A stretch of 60,000 bases of DNA from assembly GCA_030390025.1 (NCBI GenBank), contig CM059432.1, positions 130,822,001 to 130,882,000 of the forward strand. The letters run 5' to 3'. Below the pieces are notes generated by a model, which was given only the letters and a program-made list of their open reading frames with translations, had not been told where the DNA came from and ran no database searches. Numbering within the stretch: position 1 is the first letter of the stretch; every line of letters starts with the position of its first letter. Origin of the DNA: Squalus acanthias (taxonomy: Eukaryota). Shown in pieces: positions 48,833 to 60,000 of the stretch. The position numbers were made by a program, and so were the translations under genes.

Positions 48833-50893
48833 TAGATGCAGGGAGGATGTTTCCCCTGGCTGGGGAGTCTAGAACCATGGGTCACAGTCTCAGAATAAGG
48901 GGTCAGCCATTTAGGACTGAGATGAGGAGAAATTTCATCACTCAGCGGGTGGTGAATCTTTGGAATTCTCTACCCCAGAGGGCTGTGGATGCTCAGTTGT
49001 TGAGTATATTCAAGACAGAGATCGATAGATTTTTGGATATTAAGGGAATCAAGGGATATTGGGATAGTGCAGGAAAGTGGAGTTGAGGTAAAAGATCAGC
49101 CATGATCTTATTGAATGGCGGAGCAGGCTCGAAGGGCTGAATGGCCTACTCCTGCTCCTATTTCTTATGTTCTTATGTCAGCCTGGTGGGAATGAAGGCA
49201 GCACAAAGGACTAGTGCAGGATGAATGAATCGTGACTGCTGCAAGGAAACTGGGCACAGAGCTGCATGATGGGCTGCATGTGGTCAAAAACAAGCTGGAT
49301 GTTGAGGGAGTGAAATCCCTTTCTGTTCAGGAAGATGCCAGGCTGGTGGTGGAGAGCAGGCAAGGCAATGTGGGTGCAATCTATGGCACCTTACAACCTG
49401 GGGATCAATGAGGCTCGCTCGTCCTGCTTCGCTATGTCCATGAGGAAAGTAATGTAGGTGTTCCTCCTGGTGTAGAGAGCCTCAGTATTCTCCCTGTTAC
49501 AATGGTGGACTGCGAACTGGGAGATATCGCTGATGTCACCTGCTACAGCCTGGAATGACCCATGGCATAAAAGTTAAGGGCCACAGTGACCTTGGCAGCC
49601 GCATGCAGTGCTGCCCATGCCCTGCTTCGAGGCTCGAGTTGTGGCTGCAGCAGGTGACATAGCTCAGTGACAAACTCCTTGGTGAAGCAAACGTGCCTGA
49701 GACATTACTCCTCGGTAAAGTTAAGATAGCATAAGTGCTCCCTGAAGACCCTCTATGGGTATAACCTCCTGCGCAGTGCTCTCCTCCTCCCTCTCCTCAG
49801 AGCTTCCCCTGCTCTTTCCTGTCTTCTTATCCCCCTTATCCTCCAGCCCCAAAGGCAGCCCTACCAGACCACCCATGACTGCAGTAAAACTGTTTTGAAG
49901 GCATACAAAAGCAGTCCACCACCAACAAAAACCTGTTAACAGAAGTCATAAATCAGTTATAGAAGGTCAAAAATAGGCAAGAAAAAGCCCAGATGTTAAC
50001 CAGTAGCCTAAAGAATTAACCTGGATGGAGTGGATGAGCCCTTTAAATAGTGATGCTGAGAGGTCCTTCCTGCCTGTTAGGGCGACAAGTTGCTGAGCGA
50101 GTTTATCATGAGTGAGTCAGGTGCTGGGGCAGCCCAATTTCAGGAGAGGGTCCGACAACGAGCTTAGGACATTTGTTTAGATATTTTAATGAGTCTTTTT
50201 TAATACTTCCATCTTGGATGGCTACGGAGGAGCCCAATCCAATATGGTAGGTGGCGCACTTCCAGCATGGAATGAGCGTGTGCACGCCACCTGCTATATT
50301 GGACCCTTAGATGCCCATTTTACATGTGTTAAAAAGCGGGCATGGTGTGATCAAATTTCTAGGCCAGTGTGCCTGAAAGAGATGCCTCATGGGAGTTATC
50401 GTCTCTTTGTTCCTGTGGAACTACAATACCCAGAATACATCAGAACAACCCACATCAGATGCCAACCAGGTAGAAAGCAATAGAGATTTTTAGTATCATT
50501 GGTGAAATTCTGTGCATGAGAGAGAGTTCTCAGTTTTCACCCTGCTTCTGGGGAATTACAATGCTCAGAGTGTATTGTGACAACCAGGCAGAAAATTTAT
50601 AAATATCAACTGTGGCAATTGATGAAAAAAAATGAAAAACTTTTATTTTCTGCAGCTTTTTATACCACTTCCTGGGTTGTTTGAGAAGAGGGGGACTGAT
50701 GTGTCATGGTTCTTTACTGATGCAATTTATAGGGGCCATTTCCTACTTTTGCACTGCAAGTACATGCTGGGAGTGCATGTCAGGAAATTGTGCGTCACTG
50801 GCCTGTGATTTTCCATCCATTAATTTTAATAAATAGAAGATCATGAGTTGAGGGTATGCCACGTCCTGATATGCATTCACAATATGTGCAAGT

Positions 50894-51348
50894 GTCAGCC
50901 GTGGCACAGTTGGTAGCACTCTCGCCTCTGAATCAGAAGGTTGTGCTTTCAAGCCCCACTCCAGACTTGAGTTCAAAAATCTAGGCTGACTCTCCAATAC
51001 CGTACTGAGGGAGTGTCAGCCTAGATTTGTCAGAGGTGCCGTCTTTTAGATGAGACGTTAAACCAAGGCCCTGTCTCCTCTCTCAGGTGGACTTAAAAGA
51101 TCCCATGGCACTATTTCGAAGAAGAGCAAGGGAGTTATCCCTGTTGTCCTGGCCAATATTTATCCCTCAATCAACATCACTAAAAACAGATTATCTGGTC
51201 ATTATCACATTGCTGTTTGTGGGAGCTTGCTGTGTGCAAATCGGCTGCCACGTTTCCTACATTACAACAGTAAAAGCGCTTCATTGACTGTAAAGCGCTT
51301 TGGATATGTCATGAAAAGCGCTATATAAATGCAAGTCTTTCTTTCTTT
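50894..51348 (+). mobile_element. tRNA-derived SINE (DeuSINE/SacSINE1-like)
   Basis: Head GTCAGCCGTGGCACAGTTGGTAGCACTCTCGCCTCTGA, with the same body and tail as the 34716 copy. Confidence 0.87.
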
Positions 51349-52007
51349 CAACAAAACAGACCATTTCCCCTCATGAGATATGAGGAAAACATACCAATTA
51401 AAAAAAGCAGGAACTAAACCAATGAAGTTGCTCCAAATGGTTTCTGAAACACCTTTTGTCTGCTATTTCTCTATCTGACACACTCAAAATATCCAGGGGT
51501 CAAAAATAAGATTTATTTTATTCTAACAACCAATAAAAACATTAAAAATTATATTTTTCACAATAATGTGAGGAATGTAACCGAAAACATATTCTCCTTT
51601 GTGGTCGTTGAATACCTTCATCGATGTTTTTCTTTATCTGTGCTTGTAGATTTGGCAGAATAAGTTGAGTTGGGGTCCAATGATCAGGAACAAACATACA
51701 CCGCACACCAGACCCTGGACTCAATCTCACTCTGGCAAGCCGCACAGGTACTTTCACTTTGGATGCTTTATCAAATGAATCTGAGGAAAATACAGTGGGC
51801 TAAACAGATACTACAAGTATCGGAGGTGGCACAGGAGAAGCAGGAAGCAGCTGGCCAGAGGTTTATTTCATATTCATCCACAGTTCCTGAGGGCAATCCT
51901 GACCTCCAGGGCCGAACATGGTTTCCGCCATGACAGTTGTCTGGGTCATTGGGGCACATGTCCAACAGTTTTTGGATAGAGCAGAGAATTCTACAGCCCG
52001 TGGCATC

Positions 52008-52328
52008 AACAACAACAACTTGCATTTATGTAGCCCCTTTAACATAGTAAAACGTCTGAAGGCGCTTCGCAGGAGTGTTATCAAACAAAAATTTGATACC
52101 GAGCCACATATTAGGACAGATGACAGAGGTGGTTTTAAGAGGCATCTTAAAGGAAGAGGGAAAGATAGAGAGGCGGAGAGGTTTAGGAGGGTAATCCAGA
52201 GCTTAGTTTCTAGGCAGCTGAAGGCATGGCCACCAATGGAGGGGCATGGAGATTGAGAATGCACAAGAATTGGAGAAACGCAGAGTTCTCTGAGGGTTGT
52301 AGGGCTGGAAGTGGTTACAGAGATAGGC
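52008..52328 (-). mobile_element. L2 LINE 3' fragment
   Basis: (CAA)n tail and sequence matching 44120-44460. Confidence 0.85.
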
Positions 52329-52519
52329 GGCAATCGTGGCATCCTCAAAATGGCTCAGGCTTCACACTGGCACGAACGGGTGGACAGAGCAGTCATTCCG
52401 CTGACTTTGCCACCCGTTTCGGGCACTACTTGAAACTCACCTCCACAGTTGCCAGTCACCTCACAGGCTTTAGCTCCGAGAAGAAGCACAAGATTAAGTA
52501 ATACAGCACATCATTTACA

Positions 52520-53009
52520 GGGCTGTATTTTCCTCCGCCCACTGGAAGCATGGCGGGCAGGGCAGGTGGGTTGAGACCCTTGCCTACCCACATGACACGG
52601 ACGCCAAGCCACGTGTCCCATTTTCCTGGGGCGGACGTAATTAGTTATTCAGGGCAGGTTTTGGAGCCGTGACCCCACTCCTGAATGGTTTACTGCCACT
52701 GGGAAAGAGGGAAGTGCTGTTCTGCTGAAGAGTATAAAACGCTGCAGCTGCTTAAAAGGGGCAGGCACTTTGTCTGTTGCGAACAGGATATGGGAAAGTA
52801 ACCTGAAGCTGGCGGTAGGACCTGGATTTACATAGATAATGGGCCTAATGCTGGTTCCAGACGTGTGCCCTGGGAGACTCCGGGGCACCCGAGACAATTT
52901 GGAATGCAGCGCTTTCCCGGAGCGGAATTAGTGCATGCCATATTGGACCCTTCAGCCCCCCCGTCTTTCGCTTGAAAAACAGATGCGGCACGATCCAATT
53001 TCTAGGCCC
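52520..53009. mobile_element. Non-autonomous Harbinger-type MITE
   Basis: Imperfect TIR GGGCTGTATTTT...AATTTCTAGGCCC around a GC-rich interior. Confidence 0.55.
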
Positions 53010-53640
53010 ATATTTTCTTTTCTCGTTGCTTTCAACTTTCTTTTGGTCCCTTGCTGTTAGTAACAGCATTTGTATTGCGCTACGGTTATGGGGTTCACTT
53101 ATATGTAACTGTGTGACAAGACATAGTGGGGCTACTTTTGACTTTGTAGTGTAAAACCGGTAATTGTGAATTGACAGCCTGTTTAATGGCCCCGATTTTA
53201 ACTACTCCCATGTAGTGGATGCCCCAGGAATGCCCAAAATGGCTCACATGCCTACCCCTCCTGTACAAATTATCCCAACCCCTGCACAAAATCAAAATTT
53301 CCCGCAGTGTGTTTATACCACAGAACCAGTTACAGAAAGTAACATGTGTAATGCTCTATGATTAACTAGCTCAGTGATGTGTGGCCGTGAATCAAGAAAT
53401 AGTCGGCCCAAAATTCCTGTGGCCTCACTCCACTGCTGGAAGTACAGCAGGGTGGGATTTCTGGCTGCCAGTTTTCCCCAGCCTTGAACCTGTCTCAAAT
53501 TCAGGGTTTGGGATCATTTGCATAGAAGGGGTAGGCATGTGCGCCATTTTGGGCATTCCTGGGGCATCCACTACACGGGGGACCAGGAATTCCCCAGAGG
53601 ACTCGATGGGCCGAATGGCCTCCTTCTGTGCTGTATTATT

Positions 53641-54825
53641 CGAACTCCAAACCATCGTCAACACCTTCACCGAAGCGTACGAGAGCATGGGCCTTACACT
53701 AAACATCCATAAGACAAAGGTCCTCTACCAACCTGCCCCCGCCCCACAATACTGCTCCCCGATTATCAAAATCAACGACAAGGCCTTGGACAACGTGGAC
53801 CACTTTCCATACCTCGGGAGCCTACTGTCAACAAGGGCAGACGTCGACGACGAAGTCCAACACCGCCTTCAGTGTGCCAGTGCAGCCTTCGGTCGCCTGA
53901 GGAAGAGAGTGTTTGAAGACCAGGACCTCAAACCCGGCACTAAGCTCATGGTCTACAGAGCAGCAGAGATACCCGCCCTGCTGTATGCCTCAGAGACATG
54001 GACCATCTACAGCAGGCACCTCAAAGCACTGGAGAGGTACCACCAACGCTGCCTCCGCAAGATCCTGCAAATCCATTGGCAGGATAGGCGCACCAACGTC
54101 AGGCCAACATCCCCCAGCATCGAAGCTTTGACCACACTCGATCAGCTCTGATGGACGGGTCACATTGTCTGCATGCCCGATACGAGACTCCCAAAACAAG
54201 CGCTCTACTCGGAGCTCCAGCACGGCAAGAGAGCCCCAGGTGGGCAGAGGAAACGCTTCAAGGACACCCTCAAAGCCTCCTTGAAAAAGTGTAACATCCC
54301 CACCGACACCTGGGAATCCCTGGCCTTGTTGTGGCTGCCGCGAAACAAGAATTAAGGCCGAGTCCATGTGTGGAACACAAAGCTTTTAATTACATCTGCC
54401 TGGTAAAATGGCTGCTAACAAACTGCTCTGAAAACTCTGAGGCCACGCCCACTCCTTTTCTCCTGCCTTAAAGGCAGCATTCGCCTTAAAGGCAAGGTGC
54501 CCGATTTATTGTCCACCGACGGAAAAGTGGATTGCGCCCGTTTAGGTGGCGATCCGCCACAGCCTAAGACCGCACAAAGTGGAGGAGAAGCATCCGGGAA
54601 GGCGACGAACACCTCGAGTCTCTTCGCCGGGAGCAAGCGGAAGCCAAGCGCAAGGAGCACACGTCAACCCAAGCACCCCACCCACCCGCCCCTTCAACCA
54701 CCGTCTGCCCCACCTGTGACAGAGACTGTAGGTCCTGCATTGGACTCATCAGTCACCTGCGAACTCATTTTTAATGTGGAAGCAAGTCATCCTCGGTTCC
54801 GAGGGACTGCCTAAGAAGAAGAAGA
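53641..54825 (+). mobile_element. 5'-truncated RTE-clade LINE
   Basis: Peptides GLTLNIHKTKVL, VDHFPYLGS, ASAAFGRLRKRVF, LLYASETW and MPDTRLPKQALYSEL...GGQRKRFKDTLK; (AAG)n tail. Confidence 0.92.
54327..54561 (-). mobile_element. Solo LTR (235 bp) nested in the RTE
   Basis: TG...CA termini (TGTTGTGGC...GCCACA), 4-bp TSD GCCT (54323-54326, 54562-54565) and ATTAAA on the minus strand (~54386-54391). Confidence 0.85.
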
Positions 54826-55630
54826 TTTTTCTATGATTCTATAACACCTAGCTGCTCTGTCTGAGGGTGGGGTGCTCAGTCAAAGAAGATCAGAAATGTA
54901 AAAAAATTTGCATTTTAAAGAAAATGGCATTTGCAGCTTTTTTGGGTCCCTATTCCTCCAGGATCTCATCCTGGCGTTAAGTAGACCTGGAGCTGGAACT
55001 GGCTGGGATCCCTACTGGATGACATCAATCCTGTTTCTTCTGAAGACGTCCACATGGAGGAATTTCTCCATGTAGGAAAAAAGAAGTGGAGATCCAGTGG
55101 AACCACTTCCAGAAGGTGCAGTTCTGTGTTAGACTTGGCTCTTGGTGCTGTGTAATCTGCCCTGTTTATATGGTGGAGCAGATTCCATAACCCCGGTGCA
55201 GCAGTCAAACAATCAATTCCACGTGCACAGCTGCTTGAGATTCGCCATTCACCAGCTTTTCACTGAGCAAGTTTCCTTCGGTGTTGCTGCTTGTTACACG
55301 AGACTGGTCTGGCAGCAGCCAGCAGCACGAAACAAATATAGAAGCAGCTTTCACCTTGTTGCCATGGCACTGCTGACTCAGGAGGTGCCCAAGAGAACCA
55401 GCTGTTCAGGCAGCTCCCAGCACCTCCGGCAGCAGCAGCACCATCCCATTTACCTTACGGCACTTTGCCAGAGTCAGAGTTTCCAACAGTACCAGTGCTG
55501 TAAAATGAATGCATGAAAAAATGCTAGTCAGTTACTTAAGATGTTAATTGGATTTGGAAAATAAATATTATTTTCTATTTAAGTTGCATTGCAATTGTGT
55601 AACCTGCTGAAACGGCCTTATGCATTATCT

Positions 55631-56196
55631 AAAATAACAACAGAAAATGCTGGAAACACTCAGCAGGTCAGGTAGCATCCGTGGAGAGAGAAACAGAGTT
55701 AACGTTTCAGGTCTGTGACCCTTCGTCAGAACTGGAAAAAGTTAGAGTTGTAACAGATTTTGAGCAGATGCAGAGGCAGGGAAAGCGGGGAGGGGAGGAA
55801 AGAACAAAAAGGACGGTCTATGATAGGGTGGAAGGCAGGAGTGGTTAAATGATGCAAATTGGGATGGATGAATCATCAACACCTGCCGCCTGAGAAAATA
55901 GGGGCAGAAGTTATAGTCTGAAATTGTTAAACTCAATGTTGAGTCCAGAAGGGCCGAATAGAAAAATGAGGTGCTGTTCCTCGAGCTAACGTTGAGCTTC
56001 ATTGAACAGTGTAAGAGGCCGAGGACAGAGAGGTCAGAGTGGGAGTGGGGCGGAGAATTAAAGTGACAAGTGACTGGAAGCTCGGGGTCACCCTTACGGA
56101 CTGAATGGAGATGTTCCGCAAAGCGGTCACCCAATCTACGTTTGGTCTCCCCAATGTAGAGGAGACCGCATCGTGAGCAGCGAATACAGTACACTG
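55631..56196 (-). mobile_element. Penelope-like element 3' fragment with GIY-YIG endonuclease remnant
   Basis: Peptide YCIRCSRCGLLYIGETKRRLGDRFAEHLHSVRK...LPVTCHFNS; frameshifted downstream. Confidence 0.92.
55697..55733 (-). ncRNA. Minimal type I hammerhead ribozyme motif
   Basis: Reverse complement reads AGTT-CTGACGA-A-GGGTC-ACA-GACCT-GAAA-CGTT-AACT. Confidence 0.75.
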
Positions 56197-56274
56197 TAAG
56201 GCCCCAGGTACATTCCCTGGTCGATGCTGAAATAATGGATCTCAGTAGGGGTGGTGGGAACTACAATTGGATTC

Positions 56275-59092
56275 ATAAGAACATAAGAAATAGGAGCAGG
56301 GGTAGCTATTCAGCCCTTCGAGCCTGCTCCGCCATGCAATAAGATCATGGCTGATCTTCTGCCTCAACTCCATTCACCGGCCCTATCATCATATCCCTTG
56401 ATGCCCTTACTAGTCAGAAATCTATCGACTTCTATTTTGAATACACCCAATGACTGAGCCTCCACAGCCCTCTGGGGTAGAGAATTCCAAAGATTCACCA
56501 CTCTCTGTGTGAAGAAATTTCTTCTCATCTCAGTCCTGAATGGCCTATCCTTTATCTTGAGGCTGTGGCCCCTGGTTCTACACTCCCCAGCTAAGGGAAA
56601 CATTCTCCCAGCATCCATCCTATCAAGCCCTGTAATAATTTTGTATGCTTCAATGAGATCCCCTCTCATTCTTCTGAATTCAAGAGAATACAGGCCTACT
56701 TTACTCAATCTCTTCTCATATGACAGTCCCGCCATCCCAGGAATCAATCTTGTAAACCTTCGTTGCACTCCCTCTATGGCAAGTATATCCTTCCTTAGGT
56801 AAGGAGACCAAAATTGTACACAGTACTCCAGGTGTGGTCTCACCAAGGCCCTATATAATTGGAGTAAGACTTCTTTACTCCTGTACTCAAATCCTCTTGT
56901 AATGAAGGCCAGCATACCATTTGCCTTCCTAATGGCTTGCTGCACCTGCACATTCACTTTCAGTGACTCATGTACAAGGACACCCAGGTCCCCTTTGAGC
57001 ATCTGCATTCCCCAATCTTTCACCATTTAGGAAATACTCTGCCTTTCTGTTTTTTCTACCAAAGTGGATAACTTCACATTTATCCACATTATATTCCATC
57101 TGCCATGTTCTCGCCGACTCACTGAGCCTGTCGAGATCCCCTTGAAGCCTCTTCACATCCTCTTCGCAACTGACACTGCCACCTAGCTTTGTATCATCAG
57201 CAAATTTGGAAATGTTACATTTAGTCCCCTCATCCAAATCATTGATACAGATTGTGAATAGTTGGGGCCCAAGCACCGATCCTTGCGGTACCCCACTAGT
57301 CACAGCCTGCCATCCTGAAAAAGACCCGTTTATCCCCACTCTTTGTTTTCTGTCTGTTAACCAATTCTCAATCCATGCTAGTATATTACCCCCAATTCCA
57401 TGTGCCCTAATTTTGTTCACCAACCTCTTGTGTGGGACCTTATCGAAGGTCTTCTGAAAATCCAGATACACCACATCTACCGGTTCCCCTTTGTCAACTC
57501 CACTAGTTACATCCTCAAAGAACTCCAATAGGTTTGTCAAACAAGATTTCCCTTTCATAAATCCATGTTGACTCTGCCCAATCTTACTATTAGTTTCTAA
57601 GTGCCCAGTTATTTCATCCTTTATAATAGATTCCAGTATTTTCCCAACTACTGATGTGAGGCTAACAGGTCTGTAGTTCCCCGTTTTTTCTCTCCCTCCT
57701 TTCTTAAATAGTGGGGTTACATTTGCTATCCTCCCATCTGCAGGAACCGTTCCAGAATCTATAGAATTTTGGAAGATGACAAACATTGCGTCCACTATTC
57801 CAATGGCCACCTCTTTCAAAACCCTAGGATGTAGGTCATCCGGTCCTTGGGATTTGTCGACTTTTAGTCCCATTAATTTTGCTAGTACTGCTTTTTTACT
57901 CATAATAATTTCTTTAAGTTCCTCCGTGAAGACAGAAACAAAGGGCTGGATTTTCAATGACCCGTGGAGTCGGGTTTGGAGGCGGGGGGTTAAAGTTGCA
58001 GATTCGGGGGTCCCGACCCCATCCCGCCTCCATGCCAGTTTCTCTGGCGGTGGGTACCCGACCTGTGCTGAGACCCAACTCCCCGAGGTAGTTAACAGGC
58101 AGTTTTTTGCATAATCCCTATTTTCATTGCTGAAATGTGGGCTTCCCGACAGGTGGCAACCACGCCAAGTTATCGGGGCGGGCCGTGGGTCTGCAGGGGT
58201 TGGAGGGGTCGATATGTCCGGTGGGCAGGTGAGTGATGGGTGCATGTGTGCAGAGGTAAGTGTGTAAGGTAAGTGCTAAGTGTTGGAAAAAGTTTTACTT
58301 ACCTTAACTTCCTCCTGCAGGTGTCAGCCCTTCAGTTCTCGGGAGTTAGAAATCTCACCGGCACAGAAAGCAGGAAAGCCGTGGTTCTGTCAAAAACTGC
58401 AGCCTTCTGTTTTCTGTGGTGGAATGATTTCTAACTCAGCCTGAGAGGAAGGACTGAAGTTAGAAATCATATTGTCAGTGTTTGACAGCTTCACAGAGCT
58501 GTCAAACGCTGATATTTCATCTGTCAAAAGCTCTTGACAGATGAAATGTCAATCTGTGACATCACCTGTTGCCGGGTGGCCCTTAACTGGCCTGCTGAGC
58601 CCACTGGGCGGGCTCAACAAGGTCAATCAAGTGAAAATACAGTGGGTTGGCCATATCTCGATGGAGGCGGGTTCACAAGCCAGAATGTGTGATTCCCGAC
58701 ACCAACCCGACCCCAGATTCAGAATCCAGCCCAAAGTATTTATTTAATTTCTCTGCCATTTCCTCATTCCCCATTATAAATTCTCCCGTCTCTGACTGTA
58801 AAGGACCTACATTTACCTTCGCCAGTCTTTTCCTTTTCACATACCTATAGAAGCTTTTACAATCCGTTTTTATATTTTTCGCTAGTTTGTGCTCATATTC
58901 CATTTTCCCTTTCTTTATCAATTTCTTGGTCCCCCTTTGCTGATTTCTCAAAAGATCCCAATCCTCAGGCTGACCGCTTTTTCTGGCAACTTTATAAGCT
59001 TCCTCCTTTGACTTAATACTAGCTTTAATTTCTTTTGTTAGCCATGGTTGGATCACTTTTCCTTTTGGGTTTTTATGCCCTAGAGGAATATA
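56275..59092 (-). mobile_element. 5'-truncated CR1 LINE (ORF2, disrupted), interrupted by MITE copy C
   Basis: RT motifs in ORFs 56364-57026, 56968-~57940 and 58673-59056; CATAAGAACATAAG tail at 56275. Confidence 0.95.
57943..58732 (-). mobile_element. Hairpin-rich MITE, copy C (diverged subfamily)
   Basis: TIR GGGCTGGATT/AATCCAGCCC with TSD AAA (57940-57942, 58733-58735). The CR1 rejoins as GACAGAAACAAA|GTATTTATTT. Confidence 0.9.
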
Positions 59093-59189
59093 TGTTTCAG
59101 TATCTCTGAATTACAGAGGAGAATAAGATCAGCCAAGGATTCCACTCCAGACAGCTATCCAATGACCCATGGTAAGAAAGATAGAAGTT

Positions 59190-59710
59190 GCATTTATATA
59201 GCAGCTTGTCTCAGAAAAATCCCAAATTGCTACACATACTTTATATTATTACAACACTACCACTCCGACAGCTAAACAAAGAAAGAACTCACATGTTCTG
59301 TTGATTTTGCCCACGTTTCCAACTGCAGTGGCTGTGAATATCTGGCACCTGGACATTTTCTGCATGGTTGTTATGTAGACAAAAACAGCAGCTATTTTGT
59401 GCACAGCAAAGTCCCACAAACAACACTGAGATAAATGACCAATTAATCTATTTTTAATGGTGAGAGAAGAACATTGATCAGGTCTCACCAGATTGGGACT
59501 TCTCAGATTGGGAGAATTCACCATTCTTCTTTGAATACTGCCATGAGATCTTTTTCCACCTGAAACTACAGGAATAGGTAGACAATGCCTCTGACAATGC
59601 AGTACTCCCTCAGTACTGCATCAGCGTGTCATCTTGGATTATGTGGCCGACTTCTTAGTGGAGTTTGAACTGACAATCTTTTGACCCAGTAATGAGTGCC
59701 AGCAATTCAG
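59190..59710 (-). mobile_element. Decayed tRNA-derived SINE
   Basis: TTGCATTTATATAGC tail and ACTCCCTCAGTACTGC body, as in 7295-7612. Confidence 0.7.
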
Positions 59711-60000
59711 CCAAATTAACACTTGAAAATATGTGTGTAGATATCGGGTGAAGACAAGACCAGGCTCAAATGTGATGATCCTCATAGTTGAATAGACTGA
59801 TAATGTTTGCAGTCTCACACTGATGTTTGCATGAGTACTGCTCATGTACTGCAAGGTTCTCTGTGCCTATCAAACTGTATCACAAGCATGAGTCACTACC
59901 TTCAGGGGAGGTGGGATGAAACTGGAAGCAACAAAGAAATAAGGAGATGAGATTAGCTATTAAAGTTATGTGGTGAAACAGGCCAGAGAGGTTTGATGAC

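Larger units (their letters stand above)
47092..49177 (+). mobile_element. 5'-truncated CR1 LINE (ORF2 RT, disrupted)
   Basis: Peptides NYRPVSLT, QHGFMKGKSCLTNL, VPQGSVLGP and FADDTKL; tail TTCTTATGTTCTTATG. Confidence 0.95.
45960..50365. pseudogene. Decayed two-gene Harbinger element disrupted by CR1 insertions (left boundary uncertain)
   Basis: Myb remnant on + (QCRKKFSDLTRVVK|GTAAG, ~46230-46270). Transposase remnant on - at ~49180-49880 (KEFVTELCHLLQP, KVTVALNFYA, GAIDCTHIA, NRKGFHSLNIQLV) with stop codons. Right end AAATTTCTAGGCC. Confidence 0.85.

Noticed and set aside
53381..54151. 256-aa ORF as a host gene
   Set aside because: It is a chance fusion of MITE and CR1-tail sequence to a truncated RTE ORF starting near 53641.
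56968..58245. 425-aa ORF as a novel RT fusion protein
   Set aside because: The N-terminal ~100 aa come from the inserted MITE, which happens to be in frame with a broken CR1 ORF2 that is frameshifted downstream.

Overview
Repeat-dense vertebrate DNA with no recognisable host protein-coding gene. The mix of CR1, L2 and RTE LINEs, tRNA-derived SINEs, Penelope-like elements and GC-rich PIF/Harbinger elements points to a cartilaginous fish (shark); this is an inference from the repeat families. The centrepiece is an apparently intact, autonomous PIF/Harbinger transposon (25359-29562) with a single-exon 386-aa DDE transposase on the minus strand and a convergent three-exon ~459-aa Myb/SANT gene. 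It is accompanied by its own deletion derivatives and at least four older decayed Harbinger copies. Other highlights: (i) a three-copy ~0.8 kb non-autonomous element whose interior keeps a series of hairpins although the stem sequences differ, plus splice donors on both strands; (ii) two minimal hammerhead ribozyme motifs in Penelope-like termini; (iii) a perfect 242-bp-arm palindrome; (iv) an older ~1 kb fold-back of a transposase 5' region; (v) a solo LTR nested in an RTE LINE. All calls were made by eye, and boundaries of decayed repeats are approximate.
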